From: Aquificaceae bacterium | Lineage (GTDB): Bacteria > Aquificota > Aquificia > Aquificales > Aquificaceae | Assembly (NCBI GenBank): GCA_037925075.1 | Contig: JAXSNR010000001.1 | Coordinates: 448,001 to 512,000, forward strand | Reading direction: 5' to 3' | Length of the DNA stretch: 64,000 nt | Notes under the pieces: model-generated | Database searches by the model: none | Told to the model about the DNA's origin: nothing | Seen by the model: only the letters and a program-made list of their open reading frames with translations | Translations under genes and position numbers: made by a program | In this document: positions 44,066 to 52,821 of the stretch, one piece after another | Numbering within the stretch: the stretch's first letter is position 1 | How the letters are laid out: each line of letters opens with the position of its first letter

Positions 44066-45447
44066 AATATGGGAACATCAAAGGCGGGATTGCCCAAAGC
44101 CCTCAACATGCCAAGCTTTATGGCTTTAATTAACTTCTCTTCAAGCTTCCTTTCCTTGAACTTTATAAAGTGATGAAAAAGCACACCGCTTGCCTCAAGA
44201 CCAAGCCCTTTGTCAATAAGGAGCTTATCAGACCAGCTTTTTATGGCTTGAGACTTGAGAAACTTGTTTCTTGGGTTTAAAAACCTCCTCTTCTCCAGAC
44301 CCACAAACTGATAACCACATACGCTACCTTCTTTGAGAAAAACCTTTACCAATTTGCCTTCCCATTCAAAGCTAAAGGAGCTATCCGAATCCTCAAAGGT
44401 GCCACCACTTCCTGCGGTTACGCTTCTTGTCTTTACCGCATTGTAATCCACCAGCCCCGGATTTTTTACCCTTAGACCGGCCATATTAAAGCCCGCTATG
44501 GCTCCCCCCTGCTGTGCTGGTGGGAAAAGGGCTATCCATCTGTGATTGCCCCATGCGTCTATACCAGAGCATATATCACCCGCCGCATAAACATCTGGGT
44601 CTGAGGTTTGCTGATACTCATTTACAAGTATGCCACCTACAACCCTGCCCGTAGCCTCGTTTATATGAAGTTTTATATCCGTATCCGCCACAAGGTTTGT
44701 TCTCGGTCTTACGCCCGTTGAAAGGATAACCATATCCGCCCTTATAAACTTGCTCTTGTCCGTGCCGTTGGGTCTTATCTCCACAGCCTCCACCCATCCA
44801 TCCTCTCCATGTATAGCTACCACCTGATGGTTAAGGTAGAAGTTTATACCCTCCTCCTCAAGAGGCTTCATATACCTGTCCGCCATGAACCTGTCAAGCA
44901 TCCTTGGAAGGACCCTGTCAAAGAACTCCACCACATGAACTTCAAGACCCATATGCCTTAGTGTCTCCGCATCCTCCACCCCTATAGGACCTGCACCCAC
45001 AATCACCACACTCTTGACTCTTCCAGAAAGGACCCATTCCCTTATTCTCTTTGCATCGTAGAGGTTTTTGGCGGTGGTTACACCACCTAGCTCAACCCCG
45101 TGTATGGGAGGCACAAAGGCGTAAGCTCCCGCCGCAAGAAGACACTTATCGTAGGGAATCTCTTCACCACCTTTGACTATGACCACCTTCCTCTTGTTGT
45201 CTACCCCGACCACCTCCTTATTAGGTCTAAAATCTACCCTGTATCTTTCGTAAAACTCAAAGCCCCCCTTGTAAAAGAGGGCTTCTTCTGAGATGTCCCC
45301 TCTTATCACATTTTCCATACAGTTGGGAGCGTATGTGGGAAACTCTTCATCAGAAAGCACTATTATGTGAGAATCTGGGTCCACTTTTCTGAAGGCTTCT
45401 ATGGCACTGGCGGAGGCCGGTCCGTTTCCTACTATGACCACCCTCAT
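44062..45447 (-). CDS. NAD(P)/FAD-dependent oxidoreductase (Nox/CoADR/NirB-N-like)
   Basis: GNGPAS, GAGPIGVE, TSDPDVYAAGD; Cys in YAPNC. Confidence 0.85.
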   Translation of the reverse strand: MRVVIVGNGPASASAIEAFRKVDPDSHIIVLSDEEFPTYAPNCMENVIRGDISEEALFYKGGFEFYERYRVDFRPNKEVVGVDNKRKVVIVKGGEEIPYDKCLLAAGAYAFVPPIHGVELGGVTTAKNLYDAKRIREWVLSGRVKSVVIVGAGPIGVEDAETLRHMGLEVHVVEFFDRVLPRMLDRFMADRYMKPLEEEGINFYLNHQVVAIHGEDGWVEAVEIRPNGTDKSKFIRADMVILSTGVRPRTNLVADTDIKLHINEATGRVVGGILVNEYQQTSDPDVYAAGDICSGIDAWGNHRWIALFPPAQQGGAIAGFNMAGLRVKNPGLVDYNAVKTRSVTAGSGGTFEDSDSSFSFEWEGKLVKVFLKEGSVCGYQFVGLEKRRFLNPRNKFLKSQAIKSWSDKLLIDKGLGLEASGVLFHHFIKFKERKLEEKLIKAIKLGMLRALGNPAFDVPIF

Positions 45448-46904
45448 CCTTCACCGTCCAGTTTTAATATGTATTCTACGCATGTCCTTACACCAAAGCC
45501 CGTCCCCCCCTTTGAGTAGTAAGCAAACTCTTCCCTTAGGTGGGCAGGTCCGGCTATATCAAGGTGCACCCATTTTATACCTTCTCCCACAAACTCCTCC
45601 AAGAACATGGCAGCGGTTATGGCACCACCGTAGCGACCTCCAGAGTTAAGTACATCCCCATCACCCTTTTTTATCTTTTCCCTTAGCCTTTTATCATCCA
45701 TGGGCAACGGCCAAAGCCTTTCTCCTGTCAGCTTTGCCACCTCTTGAATCTCTTTGCCAAAGTTTTCATCGTTGGTAAAGAGTCCTGCGGTGTATTCACC
45801 AAGAGCCACCATACAGGCACCGGTCAAAGTAGCCATATCTATTATTCTTGAAACTCCAAGGTTTGAGGCGTAAGAAAGAGAATCAGCCAAAGTAACTCTC
45901 CCCTCCGCATCCGTGTTGTCTATCTCTATGGTCTTTCCGTTCATGGCTCTTATGATATCGTCAGGTCTGTAGGCGGTTCCACTTGGCATATTCTCCGCAG
46001 CACCAAAGATACCATGCACCTCCACCTGAGGCTTTAGCTGGGCTATGGCTTTCATTATACCTATGACAGCACAGGCACCGGACTTGTCCATTTTCATAGT
46101 CCTCATGTAATCGCCCGTCTTTATGTTGAGCCCACCGCTATCAAAGGTAAGACCCTTACCCACTATGGCTATCTTTTCCTTTGGCTCTCCTTGAGGCTTA
46201 TATACCATATGCACAAACCTCGGAGGCGTAGCTGAGCCTTTGCCCACGCTCCAAAGGGCTTGCATACCCATCTCTTGGATCTCCTTTTCGTCGTACACCC
46301 TGCATTCAAGCCCGTTTTCTTGGGCTATCTTTTGTGCTATCTCCGCAAGGGTTATTGGGTTTATGACATTCCCCGGCTCATTTACAAGGTCTCTAACTAA
46401 GTTCTGTGCTTGTGCAAGTATTTTACCTACTTCTACAGCCTTTGGGTCCGCTCCATACAGATAAGCCTCCTCAAGCCTCTTACTATCTTCTTCCTTTTTG
46501 GTTTTGTACTTTTCAAAGCGGTAGCTTCCAAGGATAAGGCCCTCTGTGATCGCCTTGCTTAGCCTGTAGTCAAGGCTTCCTGCGTATATGTAAAGAGTCC
46601 TAAACTTGTCCTTGCCTGCCCTCTTTGCCACCAAGGCGGAAGCAACTCTATAAGCATCTTCACCCACCTTTTCCTTCTTGCCAAGACCTACCACATAAAA
46701 CACCCTTACCTCACCCTCCACAAGAAGGCTAACCTTTGCAAGGCTTTCCTCCTTGCCCTTAAAGTTCTCCGCGGAGAGGAGCTTTTCTATCGGCTCTCTT
46801 AGACCTCCAAGAAACTCAAGGTTCTCCGTGCTCTCTTCAAAGACAAAAATAGCAATAGGTTCCTTTACTTCCTCCACTTTAAACTCCGCTACATTTACTT
46901 CCAT
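45444..46904 (-). CDS. pepA: Leucyl aminopeptidase (M17)
   Basis: GKGLTFDSGG, NTDAEGR, ATLTGA, WVHLDIAG. Confidence 0.96.
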   Translation of the reverse strand: MEVNVAEFKVEEVKEPIAIFVFEESTENLEFLGGLREPIEKLLSAENFKGKEESLAKVSLLVEGEVRVFYVVGLGKKEKVGEDAYRVASALVAKRAGKDKFRTLYIYAGSLDYRLSKAITEGLILGSYRFEKYKTKKEEDSKRLEEAYLYGADPKAVEVGKILAQAQNLVRDLVNEPGNVINPITLAEIAQKIAQENGLECRVYDEKEIQEMGMQALWSVGKGSATPPRFVHMVYKPQGEPKEKIAIVGKGLTFDSGGLNIKTGDYMRTMKMDKSGACAVIGIMKAIAQLKPQVEVHGIFGAAENMPSGTAYRPDDIIRAMNGKTIEIDNTDAEGRVTLADSLSYASNLGVSRIIDMATLTGACMVALGEYTAGLFTNDENFGKEIQEVAKLTGERLWPLPMDDKRLREKIKKGDGDVLNSGGRYGGAITAAMFLEEFVGEGIKWVHLDIAGPAHLREEFAYYSKGGTGFGVRTCVEYILKLDGEG

Positions 46905-46934
46905 CTTTTACCTCCAAAGATTGGTAGATAAAGG

Positions 46935-47510
46935 CTATTCCTCTTCCTGTGGAGTGCTTTCTCTTTTCATGGCTATTTTGCCAGTTCTTGCCATTTCCTT
47001 TATGCCAAAGGGCCTTACAAGCTCTATAAAGGCGTTGATTTTTTCCTCAGTTCCCGTTATTTCCACCGTGTAGGTCTCAGGTGAAACATCTACCACCCTA
47101 CACCTGAATATCTCCACAAGCCTTAGCACCTCATCCCTTGCCCTTGGTGTGGCCGTATGGACCTTTATAAGGGCAAGCTCCCTTTCCACATGGGGTGTAT
47201 CAGTAAGGTCTTTTACCTTTATGGTGTCTATAAGCTTCCTTAGCTGTTTTACCACTTGGTCTATTACCACATCATCACCTATCACCTCAAGGGTCATGCG
47301 GGATATACCCTTCTCATGGGTTTCACCCACCGACAAGCCCTCTATGTTGTAGCCCTTACCAGCTATAAGGGTTGCTATGCGTGCAAGAACGCCAAGCTCA
47401 TTACGAACGGTAAGGGTTATTATGTGCTTACGCACTACTCCCTTTTTTACCTGCCTGAAAAGGGGAGTTTTTACCGCGTCAAGTTGAGCACTTCCGATGG
47501 TATCCGCCAT
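46935..47510 (-). CDS. ilvN: Acetolactate synthase small subunit
   Basis: ACT domain GVLARI..GYNIEGLSVG, ERELALIKV, RTG. Confidence 0.94.
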   Translation of the reverse strand: MADTIGSAQLDAVKTPLFRQVKKGVVRKHIITLTVRNELGVLARIATLIAGKGYNIEGLSVGETHEKGISRMTLEVIGDDVVIDQVVKQLRKLIDTIKVKDLTDTPHVERELALIKVHTATPRARDEVLRLVEIFRCRVVDVSPETYTVEITGTEEKINAFIELVRPFGIKEMARTGKIAMKRESTPQEEE

Positions 47511-47522
47511 ATTTTGCCTCCT

Positions 47523-49277
47523 TTAGCCTACCAAATACATGGTTTCCGCATCTACACTTCTTTTTCCATCCTCTAATATCATATCTCTGTAAGACTTTCC
47601 TGCAGGGACCATGGGAAGCACGTTCTCTTCCCTGTCCACATGAAAGTCCATAATAACCGGTCTGTCTTGAATCTTGAGGGCTTCCTCTATTATCTCCCTA
47701 ACTTCTGAAGGCTTTTCCGCCCTAAAGCCCACCGCACCACAGGCTTCCGCCAATTTTACAAAGTCAGGTTGAACAGAGAGGTCCACTTCAGAGTACCTCC
47801 TTTCGTAGAAAAGCTCTTGCCACTGACGCACCATACCAAGGTATCCGTTGTTTATTATGGCAACCTTTACAGGCACTTTGTATTGCACTGCGGTAATAAG
47901 CTCCTGCATGGTCATCATAAAAGAGCCATCACCGTCTATCACAAAGACCTCCTTTTCCGGTCTTCCAAGCTTTGCACCTATTCCCGCCGGAAATCCAAAA
48001 CCCATGGTTCCAAGTCCACCCGAATTTATAAACTGCCTTGGGAAAGAGTATTTGTAAAACATGGCGGACCACATCTGATGCTGTCCAACGCCTGTGGCTA
48101 TTATAGCCTCTCCTTTTGTTGCTTCGTATATCTGCTCTATTACATACTGAGGCTTTATAACCTTGTCCGATTTTCTGTAGGTAAGAGGGTGCTTCTTCTT
48201 CCAAGCTTCAATCTGTTCAAGCCACCTTTGCCTTTCTTCAGAGAAAAGAATCTTGGCTCCTTCCCTTTTTAACTCCTCAAGTATCTTTCTAAGCACTATC
48301 TTCACATCACCCACTATAGGCACATCCACCACTATGTTCTTGGATATGGAGGCTGGGTCTATGTCTATGTGGATTATACTAGCCTGAGGTGCAAACTCTT
48401 CCACCTTTCCGGTAACTCTGTCATCAAAACGCGCACCTACCGCTATAAGAAGGTCGCAGTTGTACACCGCCATGTTAGCATAGTAAGTTCCGTGCATTCC
48501 AAGCATACGCAAAGATAAGGGATGAAGCTCTGGGAAGGCACCTTTACCCATGTTGGTGGTTGTCACAGGCACCTTCATAAGCTCCGCAAGTTCCACAAGC
48601 TCCCTTTGAGCTTCTGCCTGAACCGCACCACCACCCACATAGAGGACTGGTCTTTTTGCTTCCATTATGAGCCTTACTGCTCTCCTTATCTGCTGTATGT
48701 TGCCTTCAAGGTGAGGCTTGTAGCCAGGCAATGACTCCTTAACTTCTTCAAGAGAAGGAATTTTTACATCGCTTAGCTTCTGTGTTATGTCCTTGGGAAT
48801 ATCCACAAGCACAGGACCCGGTCTTCCAGTCCTTGCTATGTAAAAGGCTTGACGAAGAATAAGTGGCAAATCATCTATACTCTTGACTAAAAAGTTGTGC
48901 TTGGTTATGGGCCTTGTTATGCCCACTATGTCCACTTCTTGAAAGGCATCGTTGCCGATAAGATGGGTAGGAACTTGACCGGTTATAAAGACAACAGGCA
49001 CAGAGTCCATGTAAGCGTCCGCTACGGCGGTTACCAAGTTGGTGGCTCCCGGACCGGAGGTGGACATGGCTACACCCACCTTACCCGTAGCCTTTGCATA
49101 ACCCTCTGCCATATGACCCGCACCCTGCTCATGCCTTGCCAGTATATGCCTTATTCCACCATCTCTGTAGAGGGCATCGTAAACCTCCATTATGGCACCG
49201 CCCGGATGACCAAATATGATTTCCACCCCTTCTTCCTTCAAAGCTTCTATGACAATATCCGCACCCTTTCTTGCCAT
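47523..49277 (-). CDS. ilvB: Acetolactate synthase large subunit
   Basis: [32 protein letters not shown] motif, GMVRQWQ. Confidence 0.97.
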   Translation of the reverse strand: MARKGADIVIEALKEEGVEIIFGHPGGAIMEVYDALYRDGGIRHILARHEQGAGHMAEGYAKATGKVGVAMSTSGPGATNLVTAVADAYMDSVPVVFITGQVPTHLIGNDAFQEVDIVGITRPITKHNFLVKSIDDLPLILRQAFYIARTGRPGPVLVDIPKDITQKLSDVKIPSLEEVKESLPGYKPHLEGNIQQIRRAVRLIMEAKRPVLYVGGGAVQAEAQRELVELAELMKVPVTTTNMGKGAFPELHPLSLRMLGMHGTYYANMAVYNCDLLIAVGARFDDRVTGKVEEFAPQASIIHIDIDPASISKNIVVDVPIVGDVKIVLRKILEELKREGAKILFSEERQRWLEQIEAWKKKHPLTYRKSDKVIKPQYVIEQIYEATKGEAIIATGVGQHQMWSAMFYKYSFPRQFINSGGLGTMGFGFPAGIGAKLGRPEKEVFVIDGDGSFMMTMQELITAVQYKVPVKVAIINNGYLGMVRQWQELFYERRYSEVDLSVQPDFVKLAEACGAVGFRAEKPSEVREIIEEALKIQDRPVIMDFHVDREENVLPMVPAGKSYRDMILEDGKRSVDAETMYLVG

Positions 49278-49682
49278 TTTTTACCTCCACTACAAAGTAA
49301 AGTATAAAATATATGCAAATGTTTAAGTTTTGTTAAGCCCAAGCGTCCAACAGGGTGGCTTTAGCTTGTTTTTAAGCTTGCATCCTTCAAAACGTGCTGA
49401 GGAAATTCCCAAAAAGGTGCTAAGGACTTTTAATTGCATAGGGAAGTCAATGGTTTTCTGAATGGGCGTATTGTCAAGGTGGTTTTTGAAATTCTCGGTG
49501 ATGGCTGTGATGGTGGCACATATCCCTTACTCGCTTACTTACATCGTGAGCAATTTCTTATCGTACAAAGGTATAGCTATGGTATCTGGACTGAGATAGA
49601 GACCGGTAAGAAGCTTAAGTTTATCTTGGGTGAATTTTGTGTGTTCTAGTGCTGACCTGTCTTGACTTCTATTTTAGGCTTT

Positions 49683-50327
49683 TTAAAGTCCCATTCTCGG
49701 AGTATTGGATGGAGTATCATCTAAGTCCATAAGATTGCGTTCTTGCATTATATATTCCTTCACCTCTAAGTATTTTAAGTATATTTCGTATGGGTACTCT
49801 GTGAATAAATTTAATCTAATTAGGGCAAGTTTTTTATATTTTTTTTTGAGTTTGCTTATTATTTCCTTCATCTCTTTCTCGTATTCTTCTCTTTCCGAGC
49901 CTTCAAAGATTATAAGCTCAAGGATTATTATGTCAGGGTAGTCTTCTGGCGTTTCTTTTAAAAATGCTTCTGCATTGTCTGTAATGACAAGAAGGTTCGC
50001 CTCGTATGGGTTTTTCGTTTTGTAGATAATCTTAGGTCTTGACTTAGTTGGCTTGGGTTTTGGTGGTTCCGGTTCCTCTTCTTGTTTCTCTTGATCTGAT
50101 TTAGTTTCTCGTGGTCCTCCCTCAGATACTGTTGGTGGTTTAGGCTTTTGTTGTATTTGGTTAGGTTCTGGTGTTGATGTTTCCTTTTTGGTTTCCGCTG
50201 ATGGCTTAGGTTCGCCTTCTAACTGCTTTTGTGCTGGTATATACTCTGATGTAATTTCTGATGTAGGTTTTGGCTTTTGTTCTTGCTTAAGTCTAAACAA
50301 CAAACCATCCAGAATTTTAAAAAGCAT
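49683..50327 (-). CDS. Foreign-looking hypothetical protein with Pro/Lys/Glu-rich linker
   Basis: 214 aa ORF with repeated xPKP, atypical AT-rich codons and C-terminal PRMGL; no clear RBS. Confidence 0.55.
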   Translation of the reverse strand: MLFKILDGLLFRLKQEQKPKPTSEITSEYIPAQKQLEGEPKPSAETKKETSTPEPNQIQQKPKPPTVSEGGPRETKSDQEKQEEEPEPPKPKPTKSRPKIIYKTKNPYEANLLVITDNAEAFLKETPEDYPDIIILELIIFEGSEREEYEKEMKEIISKLKKKYKKLALIRLNLFTEYPYEIYLKYLEVKEYIMQERNLMDLDDTPSNTPRMGL

Positions 50328-50510
50328 ACCACAGGGAAAAGTAGATATAGTGTTTATAAATGGCTTAATCTTATCTTTTTTCTTAGTATAGCTTCACATA
50401 GCATGACGGAAAAATATACGCCTCCTTGCTATACTTGGCGGGATTTTTTTAACTAAAAACAGTGGCTTGAATAAAGCAAACCCTAAATAAGCTTATAAGA
50501 ATTAACTTAA

Positions 50511-50576
50511 ATAAGCATAATTAATAGTTAGTCAAACATCTTCTTATTGACAAGCTTGCTTTTTAGGGGCTATGAT
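50511..50576 (+). promoter_or_regulatory. fccB1 sigma70 promoter with tandem LysR-type boxes
   Basis: ATAA-N7-TAAT (50511), CAAA-N7-TTAT (50533) abutting TTGACA-N18-TATGAT. Confidence 0.6.
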
Positions 50577-50606
50577 TTTACCTAAATCTTTTAAGGGAGG
50601 TAAAAA

Positions 50607-51926
50607 ATGGTTACAAGGCGTGACCTTTTAAAGTCCGCAGGAGTAGGGGCTATAGCTCTTGGAGTTTCATCACAGCCCGTATTTGCGGCAGCGGAGAAGG
50701 TGGTCAAAATGGAAGCCATGCTTCCACCACCAAAAGGCAATAGGGTGGTCATATGCGGTGGTGGATGGGCAGGTCTTACAGTCGCAAAGTACCTTAAAAA
50801 GGAAAACCCCAATATAGAAGTGGTGCTAATTGAAAAGCGTCCAAACTTCTTCTCCTGCCCCATATCCAACGAGTGGCTTGCAGGTCTCGTGGACCTGGAC
50901 TTTATATCTCACGACTACAACCAACCCGCCACAAAATACGGATATAGGTTTATTAACTACCCTGTAATAGCCATAGAAAGGGATAAGAAGCGCGTTTACA
51001 CACCCCATGGCTTTATTGAATATAACTACCTTGTGTTAGCACCAGGTATTAGATATAACTACTCCGCATGGTTTAAGGATGATAAGGAAACCGCAAGATA
51101 TACAAAGCTACACTACCCTGCAGCCTTTATACCCGGGTCTGAGCATCTTGCCTTAAAGAGAAAGATACACAACTTTGAAGAGGGAGATTTTATAATCACG
51201 GTTCCACCCGGTGCCTACAGATGCCCGCCCGCACCCTATGAAAGGGCTGCCATGATAGCGCATGTTTTCAAAAAGAACAACGTAAAAGGAAGAGTTATAA
51301 TCCTTGACCCTAAGGAAGATATTGTTCCAAAAGGACCTGGCTTTAGGGCTGCCTACGAACAGTTGTATCTTGGAATAGTTGAGTACGTGCCAAAGGCCTC
51401 AATAAAAGAGGTTGACCCACACAAGAAGGTTATAAAGACCACCGCGGGAGACTTTAAGTTTGCGGACGCAAACCTTGTTCCACCCCATCAGGCGGGAGAG
51501 CTTGTATGGATGGCAGACCTGATAGCAAAGGACAAGGAGGGCAAGCCCACAGGCTGGGCGGACCAAGACCATCTCACCTTCCAAGCAAAGGCGGATCCAC
51601 ACGTATTCTTAGTTGGTGATGTTATCGGTGGTGTGCCTTATCCAAAGAGCGGGCATATGGGCAATTCTCAAGGTAAGATAGTGGCAAAGATAATAGCCTC
51701 CAAAATAGCTGGAAAAGAATACAAGCCCACACTTCCAGATAACACCTGCTACTCTATGGTAAACGGTTCACCACAGGAGGCGATAGTGATAAACGTTACC
51801 TACGAATACAACGAAAAGGAAAAGAAGATAGTACCAAAACCAAAGGTTGTAAATCAAAGGTCAGAAGCCCTTGCAAAGGCAACCTATGAATGGGCAAAGG
51901 CTATGTACAAAGATATGTTTGCTTGA
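50607..51926 (+). CDS. fccB: Flavocytochrome c sulfide dehydrogenase flavoprotein (FccB/SoxF), copy 1
   Basis: Tat TRRDLLK, GGGWAG, SCPISN (FAD-linked Cys), RCPPAPYER, PKSG, NTCYS. Confidence 0.9.
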   Translation: MVTRRDLLKSAGVGAIALGVSSQPVFAAAEKVVKMEAMLPPPKGNRVVICGGGWAGLTVAKYLKKENPNIEVVLIEKRPNFFSCPISNEWLAGLVDLDFISHDYNQPATKYGYRFINYPVIAIERDKKRVYTPHGFIEYNYLVLAPGIRYNYSAWFKDDKETARYTKLHYPAAFIPGSEHLALKRKIHNFEEGDFIITVPPGAYRCPPAPYERAAMIAHVFKKNNVKGRVIILDPKEDIVPKGPGFRAAYEQLYLGIVEYVPKASIKEVDPHKKVIKTTAGDFKFADANLVPPHQAGELVWMADLIAKDKEGKPTGWADQDHLTFQAKADPHVFLVGDVIGGVPYPKSGHMGNSQGKIVAKIIASKIAGKEYKPTLPDNTCYSMVNGSPQEAIVINVTYEYNEKEKKIVPKPKVVNQRSEALAKATYEWAKAMYKDMFA

Positions 51927-51932
51927 TCTCTT

Positions 51933-51947
51933 GGGGGCTTCGCCCCC
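51933..51947 (+). terminator. GC hairpin after fccB1
   Basis: GGGGGC-TTC-GCCCCC, 6 nt after the stop; weak U-tract. Confidence 0.5.
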
Positions 51948-51967
51948 GTTGCATCACATGTTGCAAC
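51948..51967. promoter_or_regulatory. Candidate bEBP upstream activator site
   Basis: GTTGCA-TCACATGT-TGCAAC palindrome ~75-95 bp upstream of a sigma54 promoter. Confidence 0.55.
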
Positions 51968-52040
51968 AAGAAAACACCTTTTTAAAACTAATGCCTTTTA
52001 TTTTTCTTATCCTTATTCGCATTTCTTCCTCTTATTCAAG

Positions 52041-52056
52041 TGGCATTGAATTTGCA
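52041..52056 (+). promoter_or_regulatory. Sigma54 (-24/-12) promoter for Rieske-fccB2
   Basis: TGGCATTGAATTTGCA: GG-N10-GC matching TGGCAY-N5-TTGCA. Confidence 0.75.
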
Positions 52057-52101
52057 CTATAGTTATGTTGAGCCTTAAAATAATCTTGTGAGGTGCAAAA
52101 A

Positions 52102-52821
52102 ATGGATAGAAGAGGTTTTATAAAGGTTTGTAGCACCGTTGCCATAGGGTCCATGTTGGATGCGAGGTTTTTCTCCGAGGTGCTTGCAAACCAACAGGAC
52201 GGCATGTTTCGTGCGTACAAGAAGGCTTTACTTGTTAAACCCGATGGAACACCTCTTGGCGAAGGAGATATAAAACCCCATACCAACTATATATTCTTTT
52301 ATCCCTACCTTTCCACACCTTGCTATCTATTAAACCTTGCGGAAGAGATACCTCCAAGAGAGATAAAACTCAAGGATGGTAAAAGCTACAAATGGATGGG
52401 TGGCATGGGTTCAAAAAAGAGTATAGTCGCTTACTCTGCCATATGTGCCCACCAGTGGAGCTATCCCACTCCCCAGTACTCCTTTATAAACTACTATCCA
52501 CCAGATAGCCCCTCAGAGACCACCAAAAAGGCAGGAGTAATTCAGTGCTGTGCCCATCTTGCGGTTTATGACCCCAAACATGGTGCAAGCGTTATAGATG
52601 GACCTGCGGAGTTTCCCCTTGCTTCTATAGTACTTGTGGAGGAGGATGGAAAGTTTTATGCGGTGGGTGTTCTTGGGAAGGACCAGTTTGATCAGTTTTT
52701 TGACAACTACAGAGCCGAGCTTAGACAACAGTATGGCTCCACCGCAAAGGCTAAGGAACCTGTAGAAAAATGTGTAGTTATGGAGGTGGATAAATATGTT
52801 CAAGCAGTGGTCAAGTGTTAA
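52102..52821 (+). CDS. Tat-exported Rieske [2Fe-2S] protein
   Basis: DRRGFIK Tat motif; AYSAICAHQ and QCCAHLAVYDP..GP Rieske boxes. Confidence 0.88.
   Translation: MDRRGFIKVCSTVAIGSMLDARFFSEVLANQQDGMFRAYKKALLVKPDGTPLGEGDIKPHTNYIFFYPYLSTPCYLLNLAEEIPPREIKLKDGKSYKWMGGMGSKKSIVAYSAICAHQWSYPTPQYSFINYYPPDSPSETTKKAGVIQCCAHLAVYDPKHGASVIDGPAEFPLASIVLVEEDGKFYAVGVLGKDQFDQFFDNYRAELRQQYGSTAKAKEPVEKCVVMEVDKYVQAVVKC

Noticed and set aside
49434..49649. 71 aa plus-strand ORF in the foreign insert
   Set aside because: TTG start, no RBS, no motif; codon-aligned with a longer decayed minus-strand frame
49330..49680. Structural RNA (tmRNA, SRP, 6S, RNase P) or ilv attenuator upstream of ilvB
   Set aside because: No recognisable conserved motifs, leader peptide or terminator hairpin
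50463..50478. Sigma54 promoter TGGCTTGAATAAAGCA before fccB1
   Set aside because: GG-N10-GC spacing is right, but -12 reads AAGC rather than TTGC and a better sigma70 promoter lies closer to the gene
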